From positions 1-44,283 of the forward strand of contig BQJN01000031.1 of NCBI GenBank assembly GCA_021604725.1: DNA of 44,283 bases. Direction: 5' to 3'. Shown in pieces: positions 34,601-40,711 of the stretch (position 1 is the stretch's first letter; each line of letters opens with the position of its first letter). Under the pieces are notes generated by a model. It did not search any database and was not told where the DNA came from. It was given only the letters and a program-made list of their open reading frames with translations. The stretch comes from Lysobacteraceae bacterium. GTDB taxonomy: Bacteria > Pseudomonadota > Gammaproteobacteria > Xanthomonadales > BQJN01. The position numbers and the translations under genes are program-made.

Positions 34601-36572
34601 TGGCAATCTCGAGCAGCGGCGCATCTATAGCGGCGGCAGCAACATTGTCGAGGACTTTGAATACGACGATTTTAACCGCTTGACCAAGGCCACACTGAAC
34701 GGCCCAACCGGTGTTCGGGTCAATAACACCGAGTACGATGTCGCCGGCAATATTACCTATCGTGACTACGCCGGAAACCAGACGCTAGGTAGCTATCAGT
34801 ATGGCCAGGTGACCTGTGGAATCCAGGCCGGCCCGCATGCGGCAACTTCCGTCGGCGGCGTTAGTTATTGTTACGACGAAAACGGAAACCGAACCAGTAG
34901 CAGCGCTGGAGAGTTGATTACCTACTCCGCGTTCGACAAACCGACACTGGTCGAAAAAGGCTCCAGTCGCCTGGAGTACAGCTACGGCGCCAACCGCGAA
35001 CGGTTGATCAAGCGCTCGGTAACACCCGGCAAGGATGCAACGACCTACTACATCGGCAGCGTTGAGGTGGTGATTGACAAGGACGGTGACCGTGAGTACC
35101 GACGCTATGTCGGCTCATCAACGCTACTGATCAGCCGCAATGGCAATCAGGCGGGAGTTGAGCGAAACGTGCTGGTCAAAGACCATTTGGGTTCGCTTGA
35201 TGTCATCATCGACGATGGCGGATTCCTCAAGGAGCAGACCAGTTTTGATGCCTGGGGCCTGCGGCGTGATGTCAGCGATCCGCTAGTATCACCGCTCCAA
35301 GGCGTTCTCGACGCGCTACACGCGGTAACAGATCGCGGGTTTGGTGGCCATGAGTCGCTGGATGAGTTTGGCTTTGTCGATATGGGTGGGCGCATGTACG
35401 ACGCGGTGATTGGCCGCTTCCTGCAAGCCGACCCGTTCATTCAGTCGCCGAAGAATGCGCAAAACCTGAACCGTTACAGCTACGTGCTCAACAATCCGCT
35501 GAGCTTGACCGATCCGACCGGCTATTTCTTTGAGGAACTGAAGGAAAACTGGCGCACTGTTGCTGCCATCGTTATCTCTGTGTTCTTGCCATATGCCGCT
35601 CCAGCAGTGTTTGGATCCGGTTTGGCAGGAGCGGTGGCTACTGGTTTTGTCGCTGGCAGTGTAGGCAGTGGCAGCCTCAAGGGAGGGCTGATCGGTGCAT
35701 TTAGTGCCGGTGTGTTTCATGGCATCGGTACCGCCTTCGCGGGTGCCGAGGGCCAGGGCGGGACGTTCTTCGGGACCAAGCTAAGTGGCGGCGCATTTGC
35801 CGGCAAAGTAGCGGCCCACGGCGTTGCCGGTGGTGTGATGAGTGAACTGCAGGGCGGAAAGTTCGGTCATGGCTTTGTCTCCGCCGGTTTGACCCAAGCA
35901 TTCAGTGGTAAAATCGATACCATCGGCGGCGGCTCAATCGAAGCGATGCCAGCCCGGGTGATGGCCGCTGCTGTGGTCGGCGGAACGGCCTCTGCTGTGA
36001 CCGGAGGCAAGTTTGCCAACGGCGCGATCACCGGGGCGTTTTCTAGGGCGTTTAATGATGAAGCGCACTGGTGGCAAAAGTTCAAACAGGGTGCCTCGCA
36101 GATTTCGCACGACTTGGTTAACGATCGAGATAAGTTGTGGGGGTTTGCAGAACAGGAGACTTGGAACGTGACCGTACGAACCGCTGCAGTAGTGGGTGGC
36201 GCTGGGCAAGTTGGTTTCGGTGTTGTAGCCTGTTCGACGGGTGTAGGTTGTGCACTTGGGGGCGTGGTTGCCGCACACGGAGTCAACAACATCTACGAGG
36301 GGTTTTCGGGGCAGAGCGGCTACTTGCGACAAGGGTATCAGGCAGTGCTGGGTGATACCGCCGGCTCGTATGCATACGCAGCAATAGATATTGGGACGAG
36401 TGCGTACGGCATAGGTAGGGGAGTTTTAAGAACGGGTCTGGATCGTCCGGCCAAGCTATGGTACTACTCCAGTACTGACTTTGTTCCTGCTTTTAGGCAA
36501 ATGACGTCGATTCAGATTGGTAGAGAAGTAGCGATCTCATCTGTCACTGCGATTGATGCGTACAGACAATGA
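28671..36572 (+). CDS. Giant (2633 aa) Sec-signal-bearing TcB/TcC-like (SpvB - FG-GAP beta-propeller - RHS/YD shell - Rhs core) polymorphic toxin with a glycine-zipper-rich C-terminal toxin module
   Basis: GTG start with GAGGA 8 nt upstream. The signal peptide is MSRKNRVVATLWLLSSFIFAGPVNA. Three ~90-aa Cys-loop repeats follow. The SpvB-like domain reads SIGLSYSSAGANGDVGVGWAITGLSSITRC...YRLESDPFTKI...WFKVWRKDGSVSEYG. At least 7 FG-GAP/VCBS motifs (D.DGDGR.D) are present, then a long YD-repeat region, then an Rhs core ending GRMYDAVIGRFLQADPFIQSP...NRYSYVLNNPLSLTDPTGYFF. The C-terminal ~345 aa is Gly-rich. Confidence 0.85.
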   Translation: MSRKNRVVATLWLLSSFIFAGPVNASEAPPPPGWVAATMRDAFRMTYDVRWGAEATADYYRIRRICPDQTASDCVAPNDVVELDAISTVLTERRSLATPPGPAGTYQYEVQACSRKACSAAVSSGDFYVDLPTPEAVAEVSLTTVDATTGEYRLNWGDRSELWVDEYRVKRTCPAAASGCTTEFAIPAGTFAADQQLVVGGTYTFEVTACNSDDECSAYVSTGPVTVADPDVAPSPPEDFLGSWISVSPLQYQLSWDAPKDGPAVDFYRLLDGDTGTKLVDTTALNFLITVSKPEDYGDKTYELYAMSDSGQSSDAVELDWTVPTNTINSPPPATPISEFNALVNQHKAESSNVGATAGQFRVDEQGNATYAIDFMTAPSAGGVAPSIGLSYSSAGANGDVGVGWAITGLSSITRCAQTYEQDGAGAVAGIQVDYSDRFCLDGERLLLASGSSYGAHNAQYRLESDPFTKIQSKGAVGNGPNWFKVWRKDGSVSEYGRQASSKIRIEAGSAQVTVLTWAVNQIKDSVGNKMDFEYCSSNDSASNANCPDQLDEDNQVEFHISSILYGSTSQKNRLSFIWSNNRADAAVAYVGGGRLTSSYLLQRVDSFGRGYPDTSEKLLRSYHLGYDPLGDGYGHPVLQEVRECSNLGGTQCFPPLTFEWNKSSNALFSGKADIPIGGSSSSDLNLFPDNYISGQPADLDGDGRQELVYLHNADHPKLGYVKIGGALGSQTVQPRRQAVDNVSNELLDNASGWNVLDYNLDGRDDIVYVHKSGNSRYWRAYAGQQSAPYISSTPVNIGYIGNWGDSSVGVGAVSVQDINGDGRPDLLYAVRGELTMSLNQAGLGQPVGSSFADAEPIDFRDADGFAIYFRGMVGDELAIPNATISPTRVFDLDNDGDSDLLVKVTANVNAANPQGMGDDQLLAILTSAQQAHNALPQNRNSNEAYYSGWFIAEATRGDASAANSQGLSYELVRQPVAIGEDCQEATEPQTYICTDTVNQVGNIEAVDMNADGLADLVIKSVAFQNHQLGIWTNTGEGFPINPQSDPYVHFTNIHKARYSHLVDFDGDGRVDILHTDGSDNEQTKWQVRRNTAAGFGHTSELTFAHARNVDGSTAIPANKDTSIFFDANGDGRLDQFLINRDNDGVVNGQTHFRRGYNEINGDTVGPNNVINRFVGSYGDYTEIDYRPLTDTVVYKRDCVTTGTNCGSNGATWGAGSAVFDLISPMYVVSAAVSSAPAASVTHNGGSSFTVQSTNASAQSMVLYEYRGAKLQGGGRGFLGFREIVSTDGQLGVETTTQYRQDFPFIGRPIETEKRLLDGTLIARSTGTWASQTISGSGGASFVYQDTTDDWSYDTSGNLLSRVFSDSDYNDGWGNATNIVVQTFDGSGNDLVEQKTTVNTYTNSSSKWHLGRLTNATVTTTLDDGTSATRQTSFGYDSVSGLLKTETVEPGHAKSVTKTYVLDGFGNRTSTTVSSEGVSRVISQTYDPSGRYLLSKTNALGQIESEVTEYDHWGNPLESEDMRDVVTTHAVDLMGRPMGSYSPTGAYQVQYYDTQACPFANAPVAFRMVSVAGGGTVGTVCYDILGREILKSSQALGDNNTIATVIVETEYDSQGRTIRVSEPAFTGDPQYWTNSALNELGHADAIQHPNGSYTQIQYLPGNIIRTIDPLGHVRDETRNGLGQTLEVEETNDAVSPAQTATIIFDETIQASQRVKSVTGADGHQVRTTLDIFGNKIEVDDPDKGVWQYSYNGFGELTCHIDANGDGSRYEYDALGRMIERIDSRSIPSLQNCQGTDARNQRWTYGNTHGVPGYGLLIIEQVCNDPNWIAQGLSGCAIPGGNGQAFEGFKVSHNFDSLGRITETYTEITNEDGYKWFAQTTAFDQYGRLFQSFDAAGDLSGVEYEYNSVGTLVKIKDAVEGGIHEEVREMDARGNQTLVRYDNNTFSVARIFEPDTGLLESSISSQGDHWLEFDFDDVGNLEQRRIYSGGSNIVEDFEYDDFNRLTKATLNGPTGVRVNNTEYDVAGNITYRDYAGNQTLGSYQYGQVTCGIQAGPHAATSVGGVSYCYDENGNRTSSSAGELITYSAFDKPTLVEKGSSRLEYSYGANRERLIKRSVTPGKDATTYYIGSVEVVIDKDGDREYRRYVGSSTLLISRNGNQAGVERNVLVKDHLGSLDVIIDDGGFLKEQTSFDAWGLRRDVSDPLVSPLQGVLDALHAVTDRGFGGHESLDEFGFVDMGGRMYDAVIGRFLQADPFIQSPKNAQNLNRYSYVLNNPLSLTDPTGYFFEELKENWRTVAAIVISVFLPYAAPAVFGSGLAGAVATGFVAGSVGSGSLKGGLIGAFSAGVFHGIGTAFAGAEGQGGTFFGTKLSGGAFAGKVAAHGVAGGVMSELQGGKFGHGFVSAGLTQAFSGKIDTIGGGSIEAMPARVMAAAVVGGTASAVTGGKFANGAITGAFSRAFNDEAHWWQKFKQGASQISHDLVNDRDKLWGFAEQETWNVTVRTAAVVGGAGQVGFGVVACSTGVGCALGGVVAAHGVNNIYEGFSGQSGYLRQGYQAVLGDTAGSYAYAAIDIGTSAYGIGRGVLRTGLDRPAKLWYYSSTDFVPAFRQMTSIQIGREVAISSVTAIDAYRQ
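28800..29640 (+). other. Domain: three tandem ~90-aa Cys-loop beta-sandwich (FN3-like) repeats at the N-terminus of the giant protein
   Basis: Repeat cores are Y.V.WGAEATADYYRIRRICPDQTASDC, YRLNWGDRSELWVDEYRVKRTCPAAASGC and YQLSWDAPKDGPAVDFYRLL. Each ends with a Y.Y/F.V.AC-like strand. Confidence 0.5.
29717..30270 (+). other. Domain: SpvB-like (TcB N-terminal) domain
   Basis: ESSNVGATAGQFRVDEQGNATYAIDF...PSIGLSYSSAGANGDVGVGWAITGLSSITRC...DRFCLDGERLL...YRLESDPFTKIQSKG...WFKVWRKDGSVSEYG matches the SpvB/TcB N-terminal consensus pattern. Confidence 0.7.
30760..32100 (+). other. Domain: FG-GAP/VCBS-repeat beta-propeller
   Basis: Repeated D.DGDG..D motifs: DLDGDGRQELVY, DYNLDGRDDIVY, DINGDGRPDLLY, DLDNDGDSDLLV, DMNADGLADLVI, DFDGDGRVDILH and DANGDGRLDQFL. 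Confidence 0.7.
32450..35531 (+). other. Domain: RHS/YD-repeat shell plus RHS-repeat-associated core with DPxG autoproteolysis motif (DPTGYFF at ~35511-35531)
   Basis: Many YD-type repeats (YDSQGR, YSYNGFGEL, YEYDALGRMIER, YEYNSVGTL, YDNNTFSV, FEYDDFNRLT, YDVAGNITY, YCYDENGNRTS...). The core has the conserved R.YD...GRFLQADP....N.Y.Y..NNPL...DP.G signature. Confidence 0.8.
35532..36569 (+). other. Domain: C-terminal polymorphic toxin (CT) module: a ~180-aa glycine-zipper region followed by a ~170-aa terminal domain of unknown activity
   Basis: Immediately after DPTGYFF there are repeated GxxxG/AxxxG strings (GSGLAGAVATGFVAGSVGSGSLKGGLIGAFSAGVFHGIGTAFAGAEGQGG...). The terminal domain has a second hydrophobic Gly-rich stretch, AAVVGGAGQVGFGVVACSTGVGCALGGVVAAHGV. 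No nuclease, deaminase or ADP-ribosyltransferase motif was recognised. Hand-counted GC falls to ~42-50% over 36420-36600, against ~55-60% elsewhere. Confidence 0.6.
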
Positions 36573-36847
36573 TGCAAGCGTATTCACTTTTGTTGTTCTA
36601 TGCGTTGGCCGCGGTTGCCATCCTTTGCCTTGATAGAAAGGATGCCTCGCTTGGGGGACGGTACTGGTTGCAGGTTCTTGCATTTTGCCTTTCCTTGATC
36701 GTAGCCATACTTCCGTTAGTTGCGTTGAAAGTGAGTTGGATCGCTTCTGGCGCGCCATCGCTAGTTTTGGCAGGTCTTGCTTTCTTTTATTTTTCTGGTC
36801 TAAAACGGCATCGCTTGTTTTCGGCAGGGCGTGATGAGCGAAGGTAG
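36569..36847 (+). CDS. Candidate cognate immunity protein (92 aa, three predicted TM helices)
   Basis: Its ATG overlaps the TGA of the giant gene (cAATGATG). The protein MMQAYSLLLFYALAAVAILCL...WLQVLAFCLSLIVAILPLVAL...LVLAGLAFFYFSGL has 3 hydrophobic helices. GC is low (~45%, hand count). It is followed by a bidirectional terminator. This is the classic Rhs-CT/immunity arrangement. Confidence 0.5.
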   Translation: MMQAYSLLLFYALAAVAILCLDRKDASLGGRYWLQVLAFCLSLIVAILPLVALKVSWIASGAPSLVLAGLAFFYFSGLKRHRLFSAGRDERR

Positions 36848-36956
36848 GTAAGACTGGCAACCAAATTCCGTGTTACGGTAAGTTAGCTCAGGGAACAGTT
36901 GTGATCCAAACTGACGTTCCTGATGTGAGATTTCAAAAAACATCACTACGAAGGGC

Positions 36957-36994
36957 GCAAAAAAAACGCGGTGCGAACCATCGCACCGCGTTTT
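36957..36994. terminator. Bidirectional rho-independent terminator between the convergent immunity-candidate and SPFH genes
   Basis: An A-run, then CGCGGTGCGA-acca-TCGCACCGCG (10-bp perfect stem), then TTTT. The T/A tracts on both sides overlap the TGA of the minus-strand SPFH gene. Confidence 0.8.
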
Positions 36995-38145
36995 CAATCC
37001 GGTCGAACGTTAATTCTTACCGTGTCCTGGAGGACGCTGTCGAGGCCACCGAAGACCGTCATGCGGTCAACTTTTTCGGTGACTTTTTCCAACGTTTCCA
37101 GTTCTTTTAGACGCATCAGCGTCGGGTTTTCATCCATCAATTTGGCAGTGTTCAAAAGAGAACGTGTCGCTGCGGTTTCTTCTCGTCGCTTGATCACGTT
37201 GGCCTGTGCGGCCTTCTCTGCAGACACGACCTGGTTGAGGATGTCCTTCATGTCACCCGGCAGGATGATGTCTTTGACGCCGGCGTGCTTCAAGGTCACT
37301 CCGTAGTCAGCGGCGGACGTTGCCGTCGCTTCGAACAGTGTGGTCTCAAGCGCGCCCTTGTCAGACAGCAACGCATCCAGGGTTCGCGTTCCAACCGCCG
37401 CCCGCAACGCAAATTGCAGCTGGCGGTACAGCGCGTCGACGTAGTCTTTGACTACCGTTCGGGCCATCACCGGGTCGGCGACCTGGTACAGCGCGGAAAC
37501 GTTGATACGCAAACTGACTTTGTCTTTGGTCAGGATTTCCTGGCCTGAGACTTCCATCGCTTGCAGACGCAGTTCGACGTGCTCAACCTTGATGTTGCGG
37601 TTGAAACGCCAGAAGGCATAGGCACCGGGTTTTAGCTGGCGAGCCAGCTCACCGTTGACGTACAGCAAACCAACGCTGTCACCGCTCACTTCAGTGGCCA
37701 GCACAAACTGCCGCGCGGCGGTAGCCAACGCCGGCAGTCGGGCTTGCGCCAGAAGTGAGGCCACAGGTTCAGTGATCTGCGGGTCGTCTTCGATGTTTAC
37801 CCGTTCGACTCGAATGTCGCTGGCATCCTTCCAGTACAACACCTCGGAGCCGGGCGGAATGACACCGCTCAGGCGTCCCTTGGTGTATTCGAGACCGACT
37901 TCAAAGTCGCCGACTTCAACCACTTCAAAGCTCGCTTCAATCAGTTCGGCGTTGTCACGTCGAAACGCGTCCAGCGCCGGGTGAGTAAAGCGAGGGTTGC
38001 TGATATCGACCACTTGCAATGAGCGGCCAGAGAACGGGGTGAACATCCAGTAAACCCCTGGGCCCAAGATGTCGTTCAACTGCCGATTACGCATATCCAG
38101 TGCGCGTTCGGTCTGGCCAACGACGAAACGTTTAATTCCAAACAT
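36994..38145 (-). CDS. SPFH/band-7 (prohibitin/stomatin-like) domain protein
   Basis: 383 aa starting MFGIKRFVVGQTERALDMRNRQLNDILGPGVYWMFTPFSGRSLQVVDI, the hallmark SPFH N-terminus, with a C-terminal coiled-coil-like region. GGAGGA sits 5 nt upstream of the ATG. Confidence 0.7.
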   Translation of the reverse strand: MFGIKRFVVGQTERALDMRNRQLNDILGPGVYWMFTPFSGRSLQVVDISNPRFTHPALDAFRRDNAELIEASFEVVEVGDFEVGLEYTKGRLSGVIPPGSEVLYWKDASDIRVERVNIEDDPQITEPVASLLAQARLPALATAARQFVLATEVSGDSVGLLYVNGELARQLKPGAYAFWRFNRNIKVEHVELRLQAMEVSGQEILTKDKVSLRINVSALYQVADPVMARTVVKDYVDALYRQLQFALRAAVGTRTLDALLSDKGALETTLFEATATSAADYGVTLKHAGVKDIILPGDMKDILNQVVSAEKAAQANVIKRREETAATRSLLNTAKLMDENPTLMRLKELETLEKVTEKVDRMTVFGGLDSVLQDTVRINVRPD

Positions 38146-38550
38146 GGATTGTCCTCCGAAAGACAGCAGACACAGTCTGCGATGGTGAGAAAAAAGGGAA
38201 ATGCGGCCTGACGATCGTCACAACGGGTCATCGGTAAACGCAGAACGTCTGTATGCTCAGAACGATCCTGCTCGGCGGACCGGTAGCGATTGCCTCATCG
38301 GGTCTGTCATCCGAACTTTGCGACCAGGGCCGCAATGCAAATATCAGACTGTTTGAAGCTAATTGATATCGGTTGGCCAAGCAGTCGGCCGACAACGCGG
38401 GTTGAGATATCGTTGGCGTATCAATAGCGGTCACCAAAGTGATTGAAACCGACACACCACGACCGCAGATCCCGGGTGGGATGGGACCTCCATCAAGGGT
38501 GGAGTTGAACCACAGGCTTTCGCCTTTACCGATGAATGGCTTGTGTGGCC

Positions 38551-38623
38551 ATTGGAAGGTAGGATTCGAACCTACGCCTAATCGAGCCTAAATCGATTGC
38601 TCTATCCACTGAGCTACATCCCG
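38551..38623 (-). tRNA. tRNA-like element (anticodon UAG if folded canonically), aberrant: the 3' acceptor strand does not pair, so a possible pseudogene or integration scar
   Basis: The minus-strand read is GGGATGTAGCTCAGTGGATAGAGCA-ATCGA-TTTAGGC-TCGAT-TAGGC-GTAGG-TTCGAAT-CCTAC-CTTCCAAT. The D-arm, anticodon arm and T-arm (GTAGG/TTCGAAT/CCTAC) are canonical. The 3' acceptor CTTCCAA cannot pair with the 5' GGGATGT. A complementary CCATCCC plus A, preceded by a second T-arm-like GTGGTTCAACTCCAC, lies ~75 nt further on (+ coordinates 38477-38520). Confidence 0.35.
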
Positions 38624-38815
38624 TGGTGGGTTTTTCATCAAATGCAATTTCGACATACGCAAACCCCATGCACGACGTGCAGGGCAGCGCACCAGGCAGG
38701 CTGAATCCTGCGCCGCTGAAACTGATTCGAAAGGAAGACCCTGAATGCATTCTGTAACTATCAGACTGCATTCAGTGGCTGCCGTTATTGATATCTGGGC
38801 ACCACTTGGGTGCCC

Positions 38816-39379
38816 TTACGCTACGTATCTGTTTTTCGGCTTTCGCATGCGCGAACGCAGGAAACTCATTTGATCGCCGATAATCCGGCGGTTGCTGAGG
38901 ATCAGGTATTCCGCTGGTTGAGGCACGTAAGGAACGGCCAACAAGGGCATGCGTGCTTCCTCTGGCGTGCGGTCTGCCTTGCGTTGGTTGCATGCTCGGC
39001 ACGCCGTGGCCAGGTTTTCCCAGGTGTCCTTGCCGCCGCGAGAGCGCGGAACGACGTGATCCCTGGTCAACTGGCCGGCGGCAAAGCTCTGCCCGCAGTA
39101 CAGGCACAGGAACTGGTCGCGTGCAAACAACAAACTGTTGCTGAGCGGTGGAACCTGGCGCACGCTGGCGCTATGAACCGGACCGTGGACCGAGATGATG
39201 GCACTGACATCGATTACGGTACGCATGCCATCGACGGCTCGTCGTCCGCCATGAAAACGCTGCGCAACGTCGCCCAATTCCCAGGCGATCGTCTGCATGG
39301 CGTAGTGCCGCACCGCGTCCTGAGGCGAAATCCACCTCAGCGGAGTGCCAGCGATATCGCATCTAAGAATGTAAGTCAT
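38816..39379 (-). CDS. HNH endonuclease-domain protein
   Basis: 187 aa with the HNH motif CLYCG...LTRDHVVPRSRGGKDTWENLATACRACNQRK, which gives the Cys4 zinc knuckle and the catalytic His. Confidence 0.75.
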   Translation of the reverse strand: MTYILRCDIAGTPLRWISPQDAVRHYAMQTIAWELGDVAQRFHGGRRAVDGMRTVIDVSAIISVHGPVHSASVRQVPPLSNSLLFARDQFLCLYCGQSFAAGQLTRDHVVPRSRGGKDTWENLATACRACNQRKADRTPEEARMPLLAVPYVPQPAEYLILSNRRIIGDQMSFLRSRMRKPKNRYVA

Positions 39380-39850
39380 GTCGCTCTCCTATCTGTTGTT
39401 TGTAGTAATCCTTGTGGCATGAGGTTGAGACTCGCCTCCAGGGTATTCCCCAATCCACAGCAGCCCTTTAGCCTGCCACTCGGCTCCTTCCGGTGACTGA
39501 CGTGTCCACGAGGCAGGATCAGGCATTGATGCGACTGCCGCGTATGCTGCATGGCTACACATTGAAGTCGGCAAAGTGGTGAGAAACCGACTTCGACCCG
39601 TGCTTCGGCTTTGAAGGCCAGGCCAATTGCTTGACGCCTTCCAAACTGCCTTGGGTCTTGCTGCATCGACGACCAGCCATTTGTCCTAATCGATTCAGCG
39701 CGCCTGCCCGCAATGTGATCGGCGTTTGTTACGCTACGACCACTGCCATCTTTCCATTTGATGACGGTCCTGGGTCATTGAGAGCTCGGCAGGGAGCTCA
39801 TCGCGCCAGGTCGCGATTTTCAAACTCTCAGTTGTCAAACAACAAGGCCA

Positions 39851-39886
39851 AAAAAAACCCCGGCCTGCAAAACAGACCGGGGTTTT
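39851..39886 (-). terminator. Putative rho-independent terminator (stronger in the minus-strand orientation) downstream of the XRE regulator operon
   Basis: AAAAAAA-CCCCGG-(13-nt loop)-CCGGGG-TTTT. On the minus strand the hairpin is followed by a T8 run. The loop is long, so confidence is moderate. Confidence 0.45.
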
Positions 39887-40184
39887 AAACCTTTGGAGGG
39901 CATTTCGCCCGCCGACCGGAAAGTTCGCTTAAGGGTGGCGAACTTCCCGAACTGATTTTCGAGCAGACGCCTAGTTCATATCCTTCTCTTGGTGCAGCCG
40001 CACAAACACCGACTTGCCGCACAAGCGGTCGAGTCGCTGTCCTATTGGACTGGTTGAATAAATGCGTCTGTTCACAAGATGTCCTAAATGTTGTGCCCGC
40101 TGAGCACGGTGCTCTGGGCTGGTGAGGGGGCATTCTACGGATTTGTTAAGGCGTGTCAACGAAAAATTAACATTCGTCAACAAA

Positions 40185-40583
40185 TTATTCCATTGCGTCA
40201 ATAAATTGTTTCAGGGCGCGTTTGAATTTTGGCGGTAAACGACGAATTTGCGCTAATAGATCGAGGTCCAGTGCCAGGTCGTCTTGAGACTTGGCCTGGG
40301 ATAACTCAAGCAGCAGCTGATCCAGTGCATCATTGCTGATTTGCAGCCCGGTGCCGCAGTACAGCCAACCGGGACTGAAGCCGGTGACTTTGCCAATGGC
40401 GATCAATAGCTGGGGTTTTGGAATGGTCTGAGGTCGGTTTTCGTAATTCCACAGTCGCGCCCGCGACACTTCCACGCCACTATTAGCCAAGCGGTGGCGC
40501 AACTCCGCTTGCGACAAGTCGGCTTGCTCGCGGGCGTAGCGCAGTCGCTCACCTATGGTGTCCAGTTCAGCTTGTTCTTTCAT
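40185..40583 (-). CDS. XRE-family (Cro/C1-type HTH) transcriptional regulator
   Basis: 132 aa with the N-terminal HTH IGERLRYAREQADLSQAELRHRLANSGVEVSRARLWNYE. A 76-aa ORF (39971-40201) overlaps its 3' end by 17 nt. Confidence 0.65.
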   Translation of the reverse strand: MKEQAELDTIGERLRYAREQADLSQAELRHRLANSGVEVSRARLWNYENRPQTIPKPQLLIAIGKVTGFSPGWLYCGTGLQISNDALDQLLLELSQAKSQDDLALDLDLLAQIRRLPPKFKRALKQFIDAME

Positions 40584-40711
40584 CCTCTAGCAGTGTCGAG
40601 CAGTGCGTGGGTCAGGTCAAGCGATCGGCTTTTCGCTACAGTTCGTCTACGATTAGGCATCCGTGGGCCGGTCGAGCTGGTCCAGAAACGCAAACTGTGG
40701 ACACGCTCTAG

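Noticed and set aside
28671-36572. Possibility that the giant gene is a T6SS Rhs effector
   Set aside because: No PAAR domain is visible at its N-terminus, which is instead a Sec signal followed by FN3-like repeats. No vgrG, hcp, tss or EagR/DUF1795 chaperone genes are in the flanking 8 kb. A T6SS link cannot be excluded genome-wide, but it is unsupported by this window.
36901-37306. Two + strand ORFs (69 and 111 aa) downstream of the immunity candidate
   Set aside because: They overlap the bidirectional terminator and the SPFH gene antisense. The first would have to be read through a strong terminator hairpin.
38810-39496. 228-aa + strand ORF overlapping the HNH endonuclease gene
   Set aside because: It is antisense to the HNH gene, which has a clear CxxC...HxxP...N...CxxC motif set. 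No motifs were found in the + frame.
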